Counted from the first letter of the stretch, positions 18,589 through 30,805 are shown. The stretch: DNA of 64,000 bases from Betaproteobacteria bacterium (GCA_050260635.1 JBLNCL010000003.1:75976-139975); one strand, 5' to 3'. The notes: generated by a model from the letters alone, not told the origin. Translations and numbers: made by a program.

Positions 18589-20553
18589 TCAACCGGCTTC
18601 TTCCTCAGACGAGTACGCCTTCTGCAAGTTCTCGATGACCGACGAGTCCGCCAGGGTGCTGGTGTCGCCCAACTGCCGGCTCTCGGCGATGTCCCGCAGG
18701 AGCCGCCGCATGATCTTGCCGCTGCGCGTCTTTGGCAATTCGGCGGTGAAGATGATGTCATCCGGCTTGGCAATCGGACCGATTTTGGCCCCCACGTGGT
18801 CCCGAAGCTGCTGGGCCAGGAGTTCGCTCCGCTGGGCCCCTTCCTTCAAAGTGACGAAAGCGGTGATGGCCTGCCCCTTGATCTCGTGGTGCCGCCCGAT
18901 GACCGCCGCCTCTGCTACCAGCGGATGGTCGACCAGGGCCGACTCAACCTCCATCGTGCCAATCCGGTGACCAGCGACCTTGATCACGTCATCAATCCGT
19001 CCCAAGACCCAGAAGCAACCATCTTCGTCTTTGCGGGCGCCGTCGCCGGTGAAGTAGAGCCCCGGGAACCGGCTCCAATACTGGGCCTTGAACCGTTCGG
19101 GATCGCCGTAGATGCCCCGCAACATGGACGGCCAGGGCCGCTTGATGACAAGGTATCCGCCCTTCCCAGGCGGCACGGGGTTTCCCTCGTTATCCACGAC
19201 GTCCGCCTCGATCCCTGGGAACGGAATGGTCGCCGACCCTGGTTTGGTGGTGACCAGCCCCGGCAGCGGCGTGATCATGATCGACCCCGTCTCGGTCTGC
19301 CACCAGGTGTCCATGATCGGGCAGCGCTCCCGACCTATGAAGTGGTAGAACCATATCCAAGCCTCAGGATTGATCGGCTCGCCGACCGTCCCCAGAATCC
19401 GGAGACTGGAAAGGTCATGCCGCTCCGGCCACTCGATTCCCCACCGCATGAAGGTTCGAATGGCGGTGGGTGCAGTATAGAAGATCGTCACCCGGTACTT
19501 TTCGATGATCTCCCAAAACCTATCCCGGCCCGGGTAGTCCGGCGCCCCCTCGTACATCACGACGGTCGCCCCGTTGGCGAGTGGGCCGTAAACGACGTAG
19601 GAGTGGCCAGTAATCCAGCCGATGTCGGCGGTGCACCAGTAAACATCGTCTTCCTTCAGGTCAAAGATGTATTTGGCAGTGGTGTAGGTTCCCGTCAGGT
19701 ACCCACCAGTGGTATGAACGATGCCCTTTGGCTTGCCGGTGGTCCCGGAGGTATACAGGATGAAGAGAAGGTCCTCGGCATCCATCGGCTCCGGGTCGAA
19801 GGTCTGGGGTGCGCCATGGACCAGTTCGTCCCACCAGTGATCCCGACCGTCCGCCATGATGTCGAGCGCCTCCTGGCCGACCCGCCGCACGACCACCACC
19901 GACCTGACGTCCGGGCACTCCTTCAACGCCTCGTCCACGTTCCGCTTGAGCGGAACGATCCCACCCCGGCGGTAGCCCCCGTCGGCCGTCACGACTACCT
20001 CTGACCGGGCGTCCAGGATGCGGTCCCGCAGCGCCTCTACCGAGAAGCCGCCAAAAACCACGGAGTGGACCGCCCCGATCCTGGCGCAGGCCAGCATGGC
20101 GATAGCCAGTTCGGGGATCATGGGCAGGTAGAGCGTCACCCGGTCTCCCTTGCGGACGCCGAGTTTCTTCAGGGCATGGGCAAACCGGCAGACCTCCCGG
20201 TAAAGATCTTGATAAGTGAGGACTCGGTGGTCGCCCGGCTCTCCCTCCCAGATGAGGGCGGCCTTGTTCCGCCGCCAGGTCTTTAGGTGGCGGTCGATGC
20301 AGTTGTAACTGGCGTTGAGCTTTCCGCCCACAAACCACTGGGCGAACGGTGGATCCCACTGGAACACGTTGTCCCACGGGCGGAACCAGTCGAGCTCAGC
20401 CGCGTGGTCCGCCCAGAAGCCCTCGGGGTCCTGAGCAGCCCGGCGGTAGAGTTCCGGATCACGGGCGTTGGCGGTAGCGGCAAGTCCGGGTGGCGGTGGA
20501 AAGGTGCGATCCTCTGCCAGCAAGGCGTCCAGGGTTCTCTCGTCGAGCGCCAT
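18589..20553 (-). CDS. acs: Acetyl-CoA synthetase
   Basis: [20 protein letters not shown] and [11 protein letters not shown] motifs. Confidence 0.96.
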   Translation of the reverse strand: MALDERTLDALLAEDRTFPPPPGLAATANARDPELYRRAAQDPEGFWADHAAELDWFRPWDNVFQWDPPFAQWFVGGKLNASYNCIDRHLKTWRRNKAALIWEGEPGDHRVLTYQDLYREVCRFAHALKKLGVRKGDRVTLYLPMIPELAIAMLACARIGAVHSVVFGGFSVEALRDRILDARSEVVVTADGGYRRGGIVPLKRNVDEALKECPDVRSVVVVRRVGQEALDIMADGRDHWWDELVHGAPQTFDPEPMDAEDLLFILYTSGTTGKPKGIVHTTGGYLTGTYTTAKYIFDLKEDDVYWCTADIGWITGHSYVVYGPLANGATVVMYEGAPDYPGRDRFWEIIEKYRVTIFYTAPTAIRTFMRWGIEWPERHDLSSLRILGTVGEPINPEAWIWFYHFIGRERCPIMDTWWQTETGSIMITPLPGLVTTKPGSATIPFPGIEADVVDNEGNPVPPGKGGYLVIKRPWPSMLRGIYGDPERFKAQYWSRFPGLYFTGDGARKDEDGCFWVLGRIDDVIKVAGHRIGTMEVESALVDHPLVAEAAVIGRHHEIKGQAITAFVTLKEGAQRSELLAQQLRDHVGAKIGPIAKPDDIIFTAELPKTRSGKIMRRLLRDIAESRQLGDTSTLADSSVIENLQKAYSSEEEAG

Positions 20554-20675
20554 GGCATTCCCTCCTTGTCGTCATGCCTTCAACATACCCGACGGGGAAC
20601 GCCGGCGCAACACAAGGGCGGCCAACGCCGCCGGTCACCGGGCGAGCGGTTGTTTTCGGGGGGTCAACGGCTGGC

Positions 20676-21113
20676 TTACCGCCGCGGAGTCCAAACCTCT
20701 GACGCCTGCTGGAGGATCCGCCGGTCACCGGACCAGGTCAGCCGATTCCGGGCCTCCTCCCAGCTCAGCCACTCGGCTTCCTGCAGGCCCTCTTCCGTCG
20801 CTAGCCGGAGGTAGTCCCGGGGAGTGAGCGGCTGCATCAGGTACCAGATGACCCGCTTGGGACGGAGAGTCTTCTCCCCTTTGCGCCGGTAGGCGTACGA
20901 AGTCTCCCCCAGCGGGGCGACGATGCTCGCCTCCAAGCCGGTCTCCTCCCTCACTTCGCGGAGGGCCGCTTGTTCCGGCTCCTCGCCCGGCTCCAGGTGG
21001 CCCTTGGGCATGATCCATTCGCCCCGGGTGTGGCGGATGACCAGCACTTCCCCTCCGTCCACGACCACCCCTCCGGCTGAAACCTCCACCTGCGGACTTG
21101 GTTTCTCTCTCAT
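20676..21113 (-). CDS. NUDIX hydrolase
   Basis: GHLEPGEEPEQAALREVREETG Nudix box. Confidence 0.9.
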   Translation of the reverse strand: MREKPSPQVEVSAGGVVVDGGEVLVIRHTRGEWIMPKGHLEPGEEPEQAALREVREETGLEASIVAPLGETSYAYRRKGEKTLRPKRVIWYLMQPLTPRDYLRLATEEGLQEAEWLSWEEARNRLTWSGDRRILQQASEVWTPRR

Positions 21114-23824
21114 CGGCCGCCCTCCAGCCCGTTCAACGCCTGCCGGAGCCGCTTCATGGCCGAGCCGAAACCGGCCCAGTCCCCGCTGGCCAGCCGCTGC
21201 TCTGCCTCACGCAAGCTTTCGGCCGCCCGATGGATCAATTCGTCCGTCAGAGCTCCACGGTCGACACCGGGAGCCTCCGGAAGCGGCGGCCGTGGAGGCG
21301 GCGGCCCCGCCGGAGTCACCGGCGCCGCTGCACCGAAGACTTGGGCGAGAGCCTTCTCAAGGGTCTCCTCCATCACCACCCGGTCCCGGAAGGCGACCAC
21401 TACCCGCTTCAGCTCCGGCATTTGGGATTGCTCTGCCTGGAGGTAGATGGGCTCCACGTAGAGGATGGACTGCCGAATCGGTATGACCAGCAAGTTACCC
21501 CGAATGACCCGCGAGCCCTTTTGGCTCCAGAGGGTAAGCTGGCGGGAAATTTCGGAGTCCTGGTCGATGCGGGCTTCGACCTGGCTTGGGCCGTAGGTAA
21601 GAGACTGCTTGGGAAACTTGAAGACCACCAGCCGCCCGTAGTCGTCCCGATCGCAGTGGGCCGCCAACCAGGCGATCAGGTTGTTCTTTCGGGCGGGGGT
21701 CATGGGCAGCATCAGCACGTATTCCGGCCGCTTCCCGCCAATCAGGCGCATCTGAACGTAGTATGGCTCAACATCCACCTGATCGCCGGCGACCACCTCC
21801 CGCGGCACCGCCCAGACGTCTTCCTTGTTGTAGAAGACGTTGGTGTCGCTCATGTGGTAGACCGTGTAGACCTGTGCCTGGAGGCGATAGAGGTCCTCCG
21901 GATAGCGAACGTGGTCCAAAAGCTCAACCGGCATGGCCGACTTGGGTTTGAAGAGGCCGGGAAAGATCCGGGCATACGTCGCAGCGATCGGTTCGTTCGC
22001 ATCCCAGAGGTAGTAGGTGGTTTCCCCAGAGTAGGCGTCAATCACCACCTTGACGGAGTTGCGAACGTAGTTTCCCCACTCTCCCATGGGCTCCGAATAG
22101 GGAAAGAGGTCGCTGGTGACGTAGGCGTCCTGCAGCCAGTAAAGTCTCCCCTTGGCCGCGACAAGGTACGGATCACGGTCGTAGCGCAGGAAAGGGGCAA
22201 TTCGCTGGACCCGCTCGCGGATATTGCGGTACAGGTGAACCCGGCTCTGCGCAGTGATGTCACTCGCCAAGAGCAGGTTTATCGTCCCGAAGCGGAGCGC
22301 AAAGGCCACCCGGACCAGCGGCGAGGAGAGGCGGACACCGCTGTCGGCCTCGTAACGGCTATAGGCATTCCGATCACCCAGTGGATAGTTGAACTCCGGA
22401 GAACGGGCATTGGTGATGACGTAGTCCCCCGCCAGTTCACCGTAGTAAATCTCCGGTCGGGTCACTCGGGGGCCCACCCGGGTTTCGGGTGGGATGTTCT
22501 TGATCCAGAAGTTGGGCATGCCCTCCTCATTGACCTCGTTCACCGGGCTCATGACCAGTCCGTAGCCGTGGGTGTATTTGAGGTGCAGGTTGAGCCAGGT
22601 CCTGGCTTGAGCAGGAATCTTCTCCGGGTTGAGTTCCCGGGCGGCCAGCGTCACCGCCCGGGTCGTCCCCTCGATCGGGTAGCGGTCCACGTCCACCCCG
22701 ACAAAGTCATAATACGGCCGCATCTCCTGGAGCTGCCCGTAGGTAGCCTGGAGGGGCCGCCAGTCCCAAAGGCGGACATTCTGCAGCGTCTCCTGCTCCT
22801 CCTGGAGTTCGGCATAGCTCAAGTCGTTCCGGACAGAGAAGGGGTGTTCCTCGACCTTATCCAGGCCCCACCCCAGCCGGGTGTACCTGATGTTGTGCCG
22901 GATATAGGGGCCCTCCTTGGCCAGCTCGTTCGGCTCGACGACAAAGCGCTGCACCATCCCCGGGTAGGCGCTGCCGAGCAGCAGCGAAACTGAGACCAAG
23001 AGAAAGACTCCGGCCACAAGCCACCGGCCGCTGCGCACGATGGTGGAGAGAAGCACGATAACGGTGCAAGCCAGAGCCACTGCGGTCAACACCTGATAGC
23101 CGATGAGGTTAACATGAACGTCGGTATACCCGGCCCCGAAGACCACCCCTCGGGTCGAGTAGAGGAGGTTAGCCTGGCTCAGCCAGTACCCCCACGCCTT
23201 CAGGGCGAAAACGCCAGCCAAGAGCAGCGCCAAGTGATAGCGGGCTCGCCCCTGAAAGGAAGGCGAGAAACCCGAAAAAACCAGTTGCCCCGAAAGGATG
23301 TAGATCGCCCCGACCAAGAGAAGGGGCACTACCAAAAGAGCCATCCCCGTGCGGTAGAGGTAGCGGTAGAAGGGTAGCTTGAACAGGTAGAAGCCGAGGT
23401 CCCGGCCGAAGAGCGGATCGACGAGGTGGAAAGCACCGCCATGAAGGAACTTCTGAACGACTTCCCAATAGAGCGAGGCGGCAAGGGCAGCGAACACGGC
23501 CACCGCGGCGGAAAGGACGGCGAAGAACCTGGTCACGCGTTCGGCCGTCAATAGCTCCGCCAGCGGCGTTCCCTCAAAGCGGAGCAGCGCCCGGCCGATG
23601 ACGGGGCGAGTAAGGAGTAGATTCACCAAAAGGAACAGGAAGAAGGTCAGCCCAACCAGGAGCCGGACCGCCCAGGTGGTGCCCAAGGCTGTCCAGAAAA
23701 CCGGGGCATAGCCCAGACTGCGAAACCACAGCCAATCCGTATAGAAGCGGGCCAATCCGTTCAAGAGCCCGCTGGCCAGCAGTACCCCAAGCACTAGAAG
23801 GACCAGCGCCGAACGGCGTCCCAT
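21110..23824 (-). CDS. UPF0182 family membrane protein
   Basis: YTDWLWF, DPLFGRDLGFY, NVRLWD, YTHGYG and NYVRNSVK motifs. Confidence 0.92.
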   Translation of the reverse strand: MGRRSALVLLVLGVLLASGLLNGLARFYTDWLWFRSLGYAPVFWTALGTTWAVRLLVGLTFFLFLLVNLLLTRPVIGRALLRFEGTPLAELLTAERVTRFFAVLSAAVAVFAALAASLYWEVVQKFLHGGAFHLVDPLFGRDLGFYLFKLPFYRYLYRTGMALLVVPLLLVGAIYILSGQLVFSGFSPSFQGRARYHLALLLAGVFALKAWGYWLSQANLLYSTRGVVFGAGYTDVHVNLIGYQVLTAVALACTVIVLLSTIVRSGRWLVAGVFLLVSVSLLLGSAYPGMVQRFVVEPNELAKEGPYIRHNIRYTRLGWGLDKVEEHPFSVRNDLSYAELQEEQETLQNVRLWDWRPLQATYGQLQEMRPYYDFVGVDVDRYPIEGTTRAVTLAARELNPEKIPAQARTWLNLHLKYTHGYGLVMSPVNEVNEEGMPNFWIKNIPPETRVGPRVTRPEIYYGELAGDYVITNARSPEFNYPLGDRNAYSRYEADSGVRLSSPLVRVAFALRFGTINLLLASDITAQSRVHLYRNIRERVQRIAPFLRYDRDPYLVAAKGRLYWLQDAYVTSDLFPYSEPMGEWGNYVRNSVKVVIDAYSGETTYYLWDANEPIAATYARIFPGLFKPKSAMPVELLDHVRYPEDLYRLQAQVYTVYHMSDTNVFYNKEDVWAVPREVVAGDQVDVEPYYVQMRLIGGKRPEYVLMLPMTPARKNNLIAWLAAHCDRDDYGRLVVFKFPKQSLTYGPSQVEARIDQDSEISRQLTLWSQKGSRVIRGNLLVIPIRQSILYVEPIYLQAEQSQMPELKRVVVAFRDRVVMEETLEKALAQVFGAAAPVTPAGPPPPRPPLPEAPGVDRGALTDELIHRAAESLREAEQRLASGDWAGFGSAMKRLRQALNGLEGGR

Positions 23825-23841
23825 GCCCCTACCCCTCCCTT

Positions 23842-24753
23842 CTAATGCGCCTCGGATGCCCCGGCCGGCTGCTGGGGGGAAGAAGCCAGTTGCGCCAGTT
23901 CGTCAGGCGGAAACTGGTAGCGGGTACCACAAAAGCGGCAGACCAATTCGGCACCCTCGGGCTCTGCGGCCAGCTCGGCCAACTCGTCGGGTCCCAGAGC
24001 GACCAGCGCCCGGCTCAACCGCTCGCGGCTGCACCGGCAGCGGTAGCCCAGCGGCTGGCGCCCCACCTCCTCCCAACCCCACGGCTCCAGAAGACCGGCC
24101 AAGACCTCCTCCGGCCGTCGGCCGTCATCAATCATGGAAGTGATCGGTCCGGTCCGCCGAACGGACTTTTCCAGCTCCTCTCCAAGGCGGGGATCGGAGC
24201 CCGGCAGGAGCTGCAAGAGGTACCCCCCTGCTGCCCGAACTGAGGCGTCCACCCCTACCAGAACCCCCAGGGCCACGGCCGAGGGCGTCTGCTCCGAGCG
24301 GACAAAGTAGTAAGTCAGGTCCTCGGCTATCTCCCCGCTGGCCAGGGGTACGGACCCCCGATACGGCTCCTTCAGTCCGAAGTCCCGCAGGACGTAAAGC
24401 GTCCCGTTCCGTCCCACCGCCCCGGCAACGTCCAGCTTCCCCTCGGGGGTCGGCGGGAGGTCGACCTCTGGGTTCCGGACGTAGCCCCGGACACCCCCAT
24501 GGGCGTCCGCTTCGGCCACCAACGCACCAAGCGGACCGTCACCCAAGACTTGTAACATAACCCGCTCCTCGCGCTTGAGAAGAGCCCCCAACATGGCCGC
24601 TCCGGTCAATGCCCTCCCCAGGGCTGCGGTCGCCGTCGGGTAGGTCCCGTGGCGAAGGCGAGACTCCTCGCAGAGGCGCGTGGTGCGACAGCAAAGAGCC
24701 CGTATTTGACCCTCCGCCGCCATGGCACGGACCAAATAGTCACTCTCGGTCAT
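23842..24753 (-). CDS. hslO: Hsp33 redox chaperone
   Basis: SGEIAEDLTYY..SEQ and C-terminal CRCS...CRFC zinc motif; ATG 24753. Confidence 0.93.
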   Translation of the reverse strand: MTESDYLVRAMAAEGQIRALCCRTTRLCEESRLRHGTYPTATAALGRALTGAAMLGALLKREERVMLQVLGDGPLGALVAEADAHGGVRGYVRNPEVDLPPTPEGKLDVAGAVGRNGTLYVLRDFGLKEPYRGSVPLASGEIAEDLTYYFVRSEQTPSAVALGVLVGVDASVRAAGGYLLQLLPGSDPRLGEELEKSVRRTGPITSMIDDGRRPEEVLAGLLEPWGWEEVGRQPLGYRCRCSRERLSRALVALGPDELAELAAEPEGAELVCRFCGTRYQFPPDELAQLASSPQQPAGASEAH

Positions 24754-26078
24754 CGCCCGGCCCCCTTGAGCCGCTCGGCCAGGTAGGTCCGGACTTGGCC
24801 GAAGGCGATGCGCTCTTGCGCCATGCTGTCCCGGTCCCGCACCGTCACCTGTTGGTCTTCGAGGGATTCGAAGTCCACCGTAACGCAATAGGGAGTCCCC
24901 ACCTCATCCTGGCGACGGTAGCGCTTGCCAATGGACCCAGCGTCGTCGTAGGCGGAGACCCACTCCTCGGCGAGCTCTTGGCGGAGCGCCTGGGCCTTTT
25001 CGATGAGCTCGGCCTTCTTCGACAGCGGAAAGACCGCCACTTTGACCGGGGCCAGCCGCGGATGGAGGTGAAGCACAACCCGTTCGTTGGCGATATCGTT
25101 CTCGTAAGCATCCACCAGGAAGGTCAAGAGTGCCCGGTCCACTCCGGCCGAGGACTCCACGCAGATCGGAACGTACCGCTCGCCAGTCAAATCGTCGAAG
25201 TACGAGAGGTCTTTGCCAGAGTGCTCAATGTGCCGGGTCAGGTCGAAGGTGCCGCGGTGGGCAATCCCCTCGATCTCCGAAAAGCCGAAGGGAAACTCAT
25301 ACTCGATGTCCACGCAAGCCTTGGCGTAGTGAGCCAGTTCGTCGTGCTCATGCGCCCGCCGGCGAAGCTTTTCCGGCTGGACGCCGAGGTCGAGATACCA
25401 CTGGTACCGCTCGTTTACCCAGTACTGGAACCATTCCATGTCAGTCTTATGGTCTACGAAGAACTCCAACTCCATCTGTTCGAACTCCCGGGTCCGGAAG
25501 ATGAAGTTCCCTGGCGTCACCTCGTTGCGAAAAGATTTTCCGATCTGAGCGATGCCAAAGGGAATCCGCATCCGGGCGGCGTCCCGGACCGTCCGGAAGT
25601 CGGCGAAAATCCCTTGGGCAGTCTCCGGGCGCAAATAGACCTGGGCCGCCGACTCTTCCACCGGCCCGAGATACGTCTTGAACATCAGGTTGAACTGCCT
25701 CGCCTCGGTGAGTTCGCCGCCACATTCCGGACACCGGTCGGTTGACAGGTGATCGGCGCGGAACCGTTGCTTGCAGGCTTTGCAGTCAACCAGCGGATCG
25801 GTGAAGTTCTCCACGTGGCCGGATGCCCGCCAGACGTCTGGATGCATGATAATGCTGGTGTCTACCCCCACCACATCGGTCCGCCGCTGGACTACCTGCC
25901 TCCACCAAGCCTCCTTGACGTTCCGCTTCAGTTCGGCGCCGAGCGGGCCATAGTCCCAGCAAGAGTTGATCCCGCCGTAAATCTCGCTCGACGGAAAAAT
26001 GATCGCCCGCCGCTTGCAGAGCGAGAGCAGCTCGTTCATGTCGGTTAGGCCGTGTTCCCTCAACGCTTTCTCCTCCAA
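24750..26078 (-). CDS. glyQS: Glycine-tRNA ligase (alpha2 type)
   Basis: YLRPETAQGIF, FRTREFEQME and GSIGKRYRRQDE motifs. Confidence 0.95.
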   Translation of the reverse strand: MEEKALREHGLTDMNELLSLCKRRAIIFPSSEIYGGINSCWDYGPLGAELKRNVKEAWWRQVVQRRTDVVGVDTSIIMHPDVWRASGHVENFTDPLVDCKACKQRFRADHLSTDRCPECGGELTEARQFNLMFKTYLGPVEESAAQVYLRPETAQGIFADFRTVRDAARMRIPFGIAQIGKSFRNEVTPGNFIFRTREFEQMELEFFVDHKTDMEWFQYWVNERYQWYLDLGVQPEKLRRRAHEHDELAHYAKACVDIEYEFPFGFSEIEGIAHRGTFDLTRHIEHSGKDLSYFDDLTGERYVPICVESSAGVDRALLTFLVDAYENDIANERVVLHLHPRLAPVKVAVFPLSKKAELIEKAQALRQELAEEWVSAYDDAGSIGKRYRRQDEVGTPYCVTVDFESLEDQQVTVRDRDSMAQERIAFGQVRTYLAERLKGAGR

Positions 26079-26175
26079 CCAGATATTATCCTCATACTAC
26101 CGCATTTGTACTAACGAGGCAAGGTCCGGCAACCAACGCCGGACCTCCCAAAAGCCCTAATGGTCCCGTCACCGG

Positions 26176-27090
26176 CTAGGGCGCCGCCGCTGGTGGAGCA
26201 GACGACCCCTCCCCGGGAGGAGATGGTTCGGCCGCGTCCCTCGCCGGTTGCGGCTCCGCCGGAACCTGGACCGGAGGCGCCGGGGCACTGGTCGGCGCCG
26301 ACCGGTACGGCGAGGGCGAAACGACGACCGCTTCTTTGGTAAACAGCCGGGTCAGCGGCTCCCGGCCGTCGAGGGTCACCGGCTGACCATTCCAGGTCAG
26401 CGTCACTCCCCGGGGATTGCCGATCCGGACGTTCAGCCGATCCTGGGCAGTCCACTCGCGCCGGTCTCCGGCGGCCAGCTCCCCCTCGTAAACCAGTTGC
26501 CCATCGGCCGACACCCGAAACCAACACCGGTCGGTCAACTCCACGCTGACTCGAACCGGCGCAACTGGAGCAGCTTGCTCGGCGGCAGCTGCGGCCTCCT
26601 CGCTCGGCGTCTCCGCCGGCGCCGGCGGCTCAACCACCCGGCTTCCTGGCGCTTCCACCGACGGACGCGGCCGGCCGGCAATTGGGAATCGGGTCGACCA
26701 GATGGCCAGCGCCCACCCGCTGGCGATGGCCGCCAGGATCGTCGCGGCAAAGACCAGCCCCAGCCGTGCGGAGCGGTTTGGATGCCCACCCCCAGACCGG
26801 GCAAGGCGGCGCTGGGTGGCGCCCTCCGGCGCCGACGGCTGCTCCAGCGAGGCTTTCCGCTCTTGATACTGACGGACCAACTCCTCGCCGTCCATTCCCA
26901 GGAACGCCGCGTAACGGCGGAGGAAGCCCTTCAGGTAAACCTCGCCGGGTATTCGTTCAAACTCCCCGGCCTCAATGCTCTCCAGATACCTAATGGTAAT
27001 GCGAGTCGCCTGATAGACCTCGTCCAGTGAACGCCCCTGCCGCTCTCGCTCGGCCCGAAGCTTCCCGCCGATCTCCAGCATGCCTTCCAT
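26176..27090 (-). CDS. rodZ: RodZ/YmfM-like HTH-TM-DUF4115 protein
   Basis: N-terminal HTH (YLKGFLRRYA), TM, and CWFRVSADG...RIGNP domain. Confidence 0.85.
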   Translation of the reverse strand: MEGMLEIGGKLRAERERQGRSLDEVYQATRITIRYLESIEAGEFERIPGEVYLKGFLRRYAAFLGMDGEELVRQYQERKASLEQPSAPEGATQRRLARSGGGHPNRSARLGLVFAATILAAIASGWALAIWSTRFPIAGRPRPSVEAPGSRVVEPPAPAETPSEEAAAAAEQAAPVAPVRVSVELTDRCWFRVSADGQLVYEGELAAGDRREWTAQDRLNVRIGNPRGVTLTWNGQPVTLDGREPLTRLFTKEAVVVSPSPYRSAPTSAPAPPVQVPAEPQPARDAAEPSPPGEGSSAPPAAAP

Positions 27091-27119
27091 CGTTGCTCCC
27101 TCCGTCCGGCCCCGCGCCG

Positions 27120-29531
27120 CTACCTCTCACCCTCCGAGGAGAGCAGAACCTCCCGCGGCTTGGACCCCTGGTATGGGCCAACCACCCCGTTCAACTCCAT
27201 CATGTCGATCAGGCGCGCCGCCCGGGCATAACCGATGCGGAATCGCCGCTGGATCATGGAGATGGAGGCGTTGCCGGTGGAGACCACAAGTTTGACTGCG
27301 TCGTCGTACAGTTCGTCATCCCCCATCTCCCCCTCGACCCGCGCCTCGCTGGTTCCTAGGTCGGCTTGGTAATCCGGCTGGCCCTGCCGCTTCCAGAAGC
27401 CAACCAGGGCCTCCACCTCGCGGTCGGTCATGAACGCCCCCTGGACGCGGAGGGGTTTGGCCGCCCCCACCGGGCAGAAGAGCATGTCGCCCTTGCCCAG
27501 AAGGCGCTCCGCCCCCGCCATGTCCAGGATCGTTCGGGAATCCACCTGGGACGAAACGGCAAAGGCGACCCGGCTGGGGATGTTGGCTTTGATCAGGCCA
27601 GTGATCACGTCAACCGAGGGGCGCTGGGTGGCAATTACCAGATGGATCCCGGCCGCCCGGGCCATCTGGGCCAAGCGGCAGATCGAATCCTCCACCTCGG
27701 CTGCGGCGACCATCATCAAGTCGGCCAGTTCGTCCACAAAGACAACCACGTAAGGCAACGGCGTGACCTCTCGCTCGCCTGATTGGGTTCCGGAGACGTC
27801 TTCGGAGGGAGCTGCGGTCGCGGCCACCTCCTCCGCTGCCCGGGCGATCAGGGCGTTATACTTCTCAATGTTCCGCACCCCGCTCGAGGCAAACAGCTCA
27901 TACCGCTTCTCCATCTCCTCCACGACCCACTTGAGGGCAGCCGACGCCTTCTTTGGATCGGTGACCACCGGCGCCAGAAGGTGCGGGATACCGTCGTAGA
28001 CGGCAAGCTCCACCCGCTTCGGGTCGATCATAAGCAGCTTGACTTCGTTCGGCCGCAGCCGGTAGAGGATGCTGGCGACCATCGTGTTGAGACAGACCGA
28101 CTTACCCGACCCGGTAGCACCGGCGATCAGCAGGTGAGGCATGTCCACCAAGTCGCAAACGGTGGGCACCCCGGCAATGTCCTTCCCCAGAGCGAGAGGC
28201 AAGCGGCACTTCGGGTTCTCAAACTCGGGCGAGGCGATGATCTCCCGCAGGTGGACGAGAGCTGTCTCCTTGTTAGGAACCTCGATTCCCACCGCCGCCT
28301 TGCCCGGGATGGGCGCCTCGATCCGCACGTCGGCAGCGGCCAGCGACAGGGCGATATCATCCGCCAGGCTGACAATCCGACTGACCTTCACCCCCGGAGC
28401 CGGCTGCAGCTCGAACCGGGTTACTACCGGACCCTGATCGATGTGAATCACTTTCGCCTTCACGCCGAAATTGTCCAGCGTCTCCTCAAGCAAGCGAGCC
28501 TGCTCGGTCAGGTTTCGGACCGGCTGCTTGGCCGGAGGCACCGGCTCGGAGAGGAGGCTGAGAGGAGGAAGTTGATAAGACGCCTGGCCGCCGAGGAGAG
28601 CCAATTGTGCGCCGTGAACGGCCGCGCCTTGCCCCTCTTTCGATTCCTCGGCTCTGGCCTCCGGATGCTCCTCAAGAGGCGACGAAAAGTAGGTTCGGAT
28701 GGTTGGCGGCGCCGGCGGTTCGGCCTCCGCCTCCTCCTTTCGGAGGGAGGCTGGCGGCGCGCCCTGTCGGGAGATCGCTCGAACGGGCTGCAGTTCTAGC
28801 GAAGCGGGTTCTGGCTTCTGCTTCTCCTCCATTTCCTCCTCCGAGCCATCCGGCATAAGGAAGGAGACCAGCCCATGTGCCACCCAGACAACCGCCTGAA
28901 CGCTCAGTCTGACGAACACCAATGCGCCCTGCCAGACCGTGCTCGCCAACCCTTGAATGAACCGCCAGAAGGCCCGCCGGGTCCCCGGAGTGGTCAGGAG
29001 GACCACGCCGGCGAGCGCCATGGCTCCCAGCGCCACCTGGGTGCCTGTCGCGTCCAGCAAGCGGAGCAGCGCCACCGCCACGAGGCTGCCGACGATCCCT
29101 CCTCCTCGCCCCTGCTGAGCCGACTGGATAGCGTCCCGGACGACGACTTGTTCGGCCAGCTTTCCCTCAAGCAGCCGCGGCATGCTCAGGCCAGCGGCCA
29201 ACGCCAGCCACCACAGCAAGAGGCCCCACCGTTTCGGTGCGGCCAGGCTTGCCTCGCCCAACAGGGAGCGGAGATTTAAAAGGATAACGAGCAAGGCGAC
29301 GGCGATCGTGCTACCGCCCAGAAGCCACCGGAGCCAGAAGGCCAAGGTCCGGCCGACCAACCCCGTATCGTTGCTTCTCAAAGTCAGCAGGACCAACACC
29401 GCCAAGGCAACGACGACCACGGCGCGGATCTCTCGCCGGACCCCGGCGGTGTGCCGGCCAAAGCCTTGCGGCCGGGCCGCCGCCCGCCGTCGGCCCCCGT
29501 TTCCGCCGGCCACCCGTTTGCCTCGAGGCAC
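27120..29531 (-). CDS. ftsK: DNA translocase FtsK/SpoIIIE
   Basis: [22 protein letters not shown] and gamma domain [12 protein letters not shown]; GTG 29531 after GGGAGG. Confidence 0.95.
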   Translation of the reverse strand: MPRGKRVAGGNGGRRRAAARPQGFGRHTAGVRREIRAVVVVALAVLVLLTLRSNDTGLVGRTLAFWLRWLLGGSTIAVALLVILLNLRSLLGEASLAAPKRWGLLLWWLALAAGLSMPRLLEGKLAEQVVVRDAIQSAQQGRGGGIVGSLVAVALLRLLDATGTQVALGAMALAGVVLLTTPGTRRAFWRFIQGLASTVWQGALVFVRLSVQAVVWVAHGLVSFLMPDGSEEEMEEKQKPEPASLELQPVRAISRQGAPPASLRKEEAEAEPPAPPTIRTYFSSPLEEHPEARAEESKEGQGAAVHGAQLALLGGQASYQLPPLSLLSEPVPPAKQPVRNLTEQARLLEETLDNFGVKAKVIHIDQGPVVTRFELQPAPGVKVSRIVSLADDIALSLAAADVRIEAPIPGKAAVGIEVPNKETALVHLREIIASPEFENPKCRLPLALGKDIAGVPTVCDLVDMPHLLIAGATGSGKSVCLNTMVASILYRLRPNEVKLLMIDPKRVELAVYDGIPHLLAPVVTDPKKASAALKWVVEEMEKRYELFASSGVRNIEKYNALIARAAEEVAATAAPSEDVSGTQSGEREVTPLPYVVVFVDELADLMMVAAAEVEDSICRLAQMARAAGIHLVIATQRPSVDVITGLIKANIPSRVAFAVSSQVDSRTILDMAGAERLLGKGDMLFCPVGAAKPLRVQGAFMTDREVEALVGFWKRQGQPDYQADLGTSEARVEGEMGDDELYDDAVKLVVSTGNASISMIQRRFRIGYARAARLIDMMELNGVVGPYQGSKPREVLLSSEGER

Positions 29532-29533
29532 TC

Positions 29534-30262
29534 TTAACCCTCCCGGAGACCGATTACGGCAGCCATCCGCCCCGTCCCCGACCCCTCGCGCCGGTAAGAG
29601 AAGAACCAGTCGGGACAGCAGGCCGTGCACTCTTCCACGGTCGTTACATTCTCGGCGGGAACGCCGCTCTCCTTCAGGTCGTGCCGCACCGCAGCCCGCA
29701 GATCGAGGTAGGCCCGGCCCTCGCGGGAGGGGGTGACCAGCTTCTCCGCCACTTCGGGAAAGGCCGCCGCCACCTGCTCCAGCACCGGCTCATCCACCTC
29801 GTAGCAACAGGGACCGATACCGGGGCCGATCGCCACCAACAGGTCCTGCGCCGCCGAACCGAACTCCTCCACCATCCGACGGACCGCCTTCCCTGAGATA
29901 CGCCGGACCGTCCCTCGCCATCCCGAGTGGACAGCCGCCACCACCCTGCGTCGTGGGTCGAACAGTAAGACTGGCAGGCAATCGGCAGTCAAAACGGCCA
30001 AGGCCACCTCGGGGCTAGCGGTGAGCAGCCCGTCACCCTCCTTCTCGGCAACCGCCGGCACCTCTTGGGCGCTCCTGACCACCAGCAAATCGTCGCCATG
30101 CACCTGGCGGGCGACCACCAGCGGCCGCCGGCCCAGCCCCAGGGCCTCCAGCAGTTGGCGCCGGCCGCCCAACCGGGTCGAGAAACCATGGACCACCAGG
30201 CCGGTAGCAGATAAGGACGCAGCCTCCAGCCACGCCACCCCTCCCTGCTCCACTGCCCTCAC
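29534..30262 (-). CDS. pgeF: Peptidoglycan editing factor PgeF (YlmD/YfiH)
   Basis: [25 protein letters not shown] and FFSYRR motifs. Confidence 0.92.
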   Translation of the reverse strand: MRAVEQGGVAWLEAASLSATGLVVHGFSTRLGGRRQLLEALGLGRRPLVVARQVHGDDLLVVRSAQEVPAVAEKEGDGLLTASPEVALAVLTADCLPVLLFDPRRRVVAAVHSGWRGTVRRISGKAVRRMVEEFGSAAQDLLVAIGPGIGPCCYEVDEPVLEQVAAAFPEVAEKLVTPSREGRAYLDLRAAVRHDLKESGVPAENVTTVEECTACCPDWFFSYRREGSGTGRMAAVIGLREG

Positions 30263-30276
30263 TGCAAGATGACCTC

Positions 30277-30732
30277 TCACTGCCGGTTGAGGAGCTTCTG
30301 CAGTTCTTGCATGAAGCGGTTGATGTCCTTGAACTGCCGGTAGACCGAGGCGAAGCGTACGTAGGCCACTTCGTCCACGTCCCGCAGCCGTTCCATGACC
30401 ATCTCGCCGATTTCGCCCGAGCTTACTTCCCGGTCGAGCCGGCCGTACAGCTCCTTCTCCACCTCGTCGACCAACGCTTCCAGCCGCTCCATCGGGACCG
30501 TCCTCTTCTCGCACGCCCTGATCAGCCCGTGGAGCACCTTGTTTCGGTCGAAGGCTTCCCGTCGCCCATCCTTCTTTACCACCATGAGCGGCAGCTCGTC
30601 CAGGCGCTCGTAGGTGGTGAACCGGCGACCGCAGCTTGGGCATTCCCGCCGGCGGCGGATCGCCGTCTCATCATCGATGGTCCGCGAATCGAGAACCTTG
30701 CTGTCGGGCTCACCACAGAATGGGCACTTCAT
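30277..30732 (-). CDS. nrdR: Transcriptional repressor NrdR
   Basis: MKCPFC...RRRREC and [10 protein letters not shown] motifs. Confidence 0.96.
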   Translation of the reverse strand: MKCPFCGEPDSKVLDSRTIDDETAIRRRRECPSCGRRFTTYERLDELPLMVVKKDGRREAFDRNKVLHGLIRACEKRTVPMERLEALVDEVEKELYGRLDREVSSGEIGEMVMERLRDVDEVAYVRFASVYRQFKDINRFMQELQKLLNRQ

Positions 30733-30776
30733 CGGCCCGCCTCCGCCCCAAGAACTGCCTGCTTCTCATTATTTTC

Positions 30777-30805
30777 ATTATAATGGCCCTCGCCCGCCAT
30801 GTCGA
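30777..30805 (-). promoter_or_regulatory. sigA promoter of nrdR
   Basis: TCGACA-N17-TATAAT. Confidence 0.65.
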
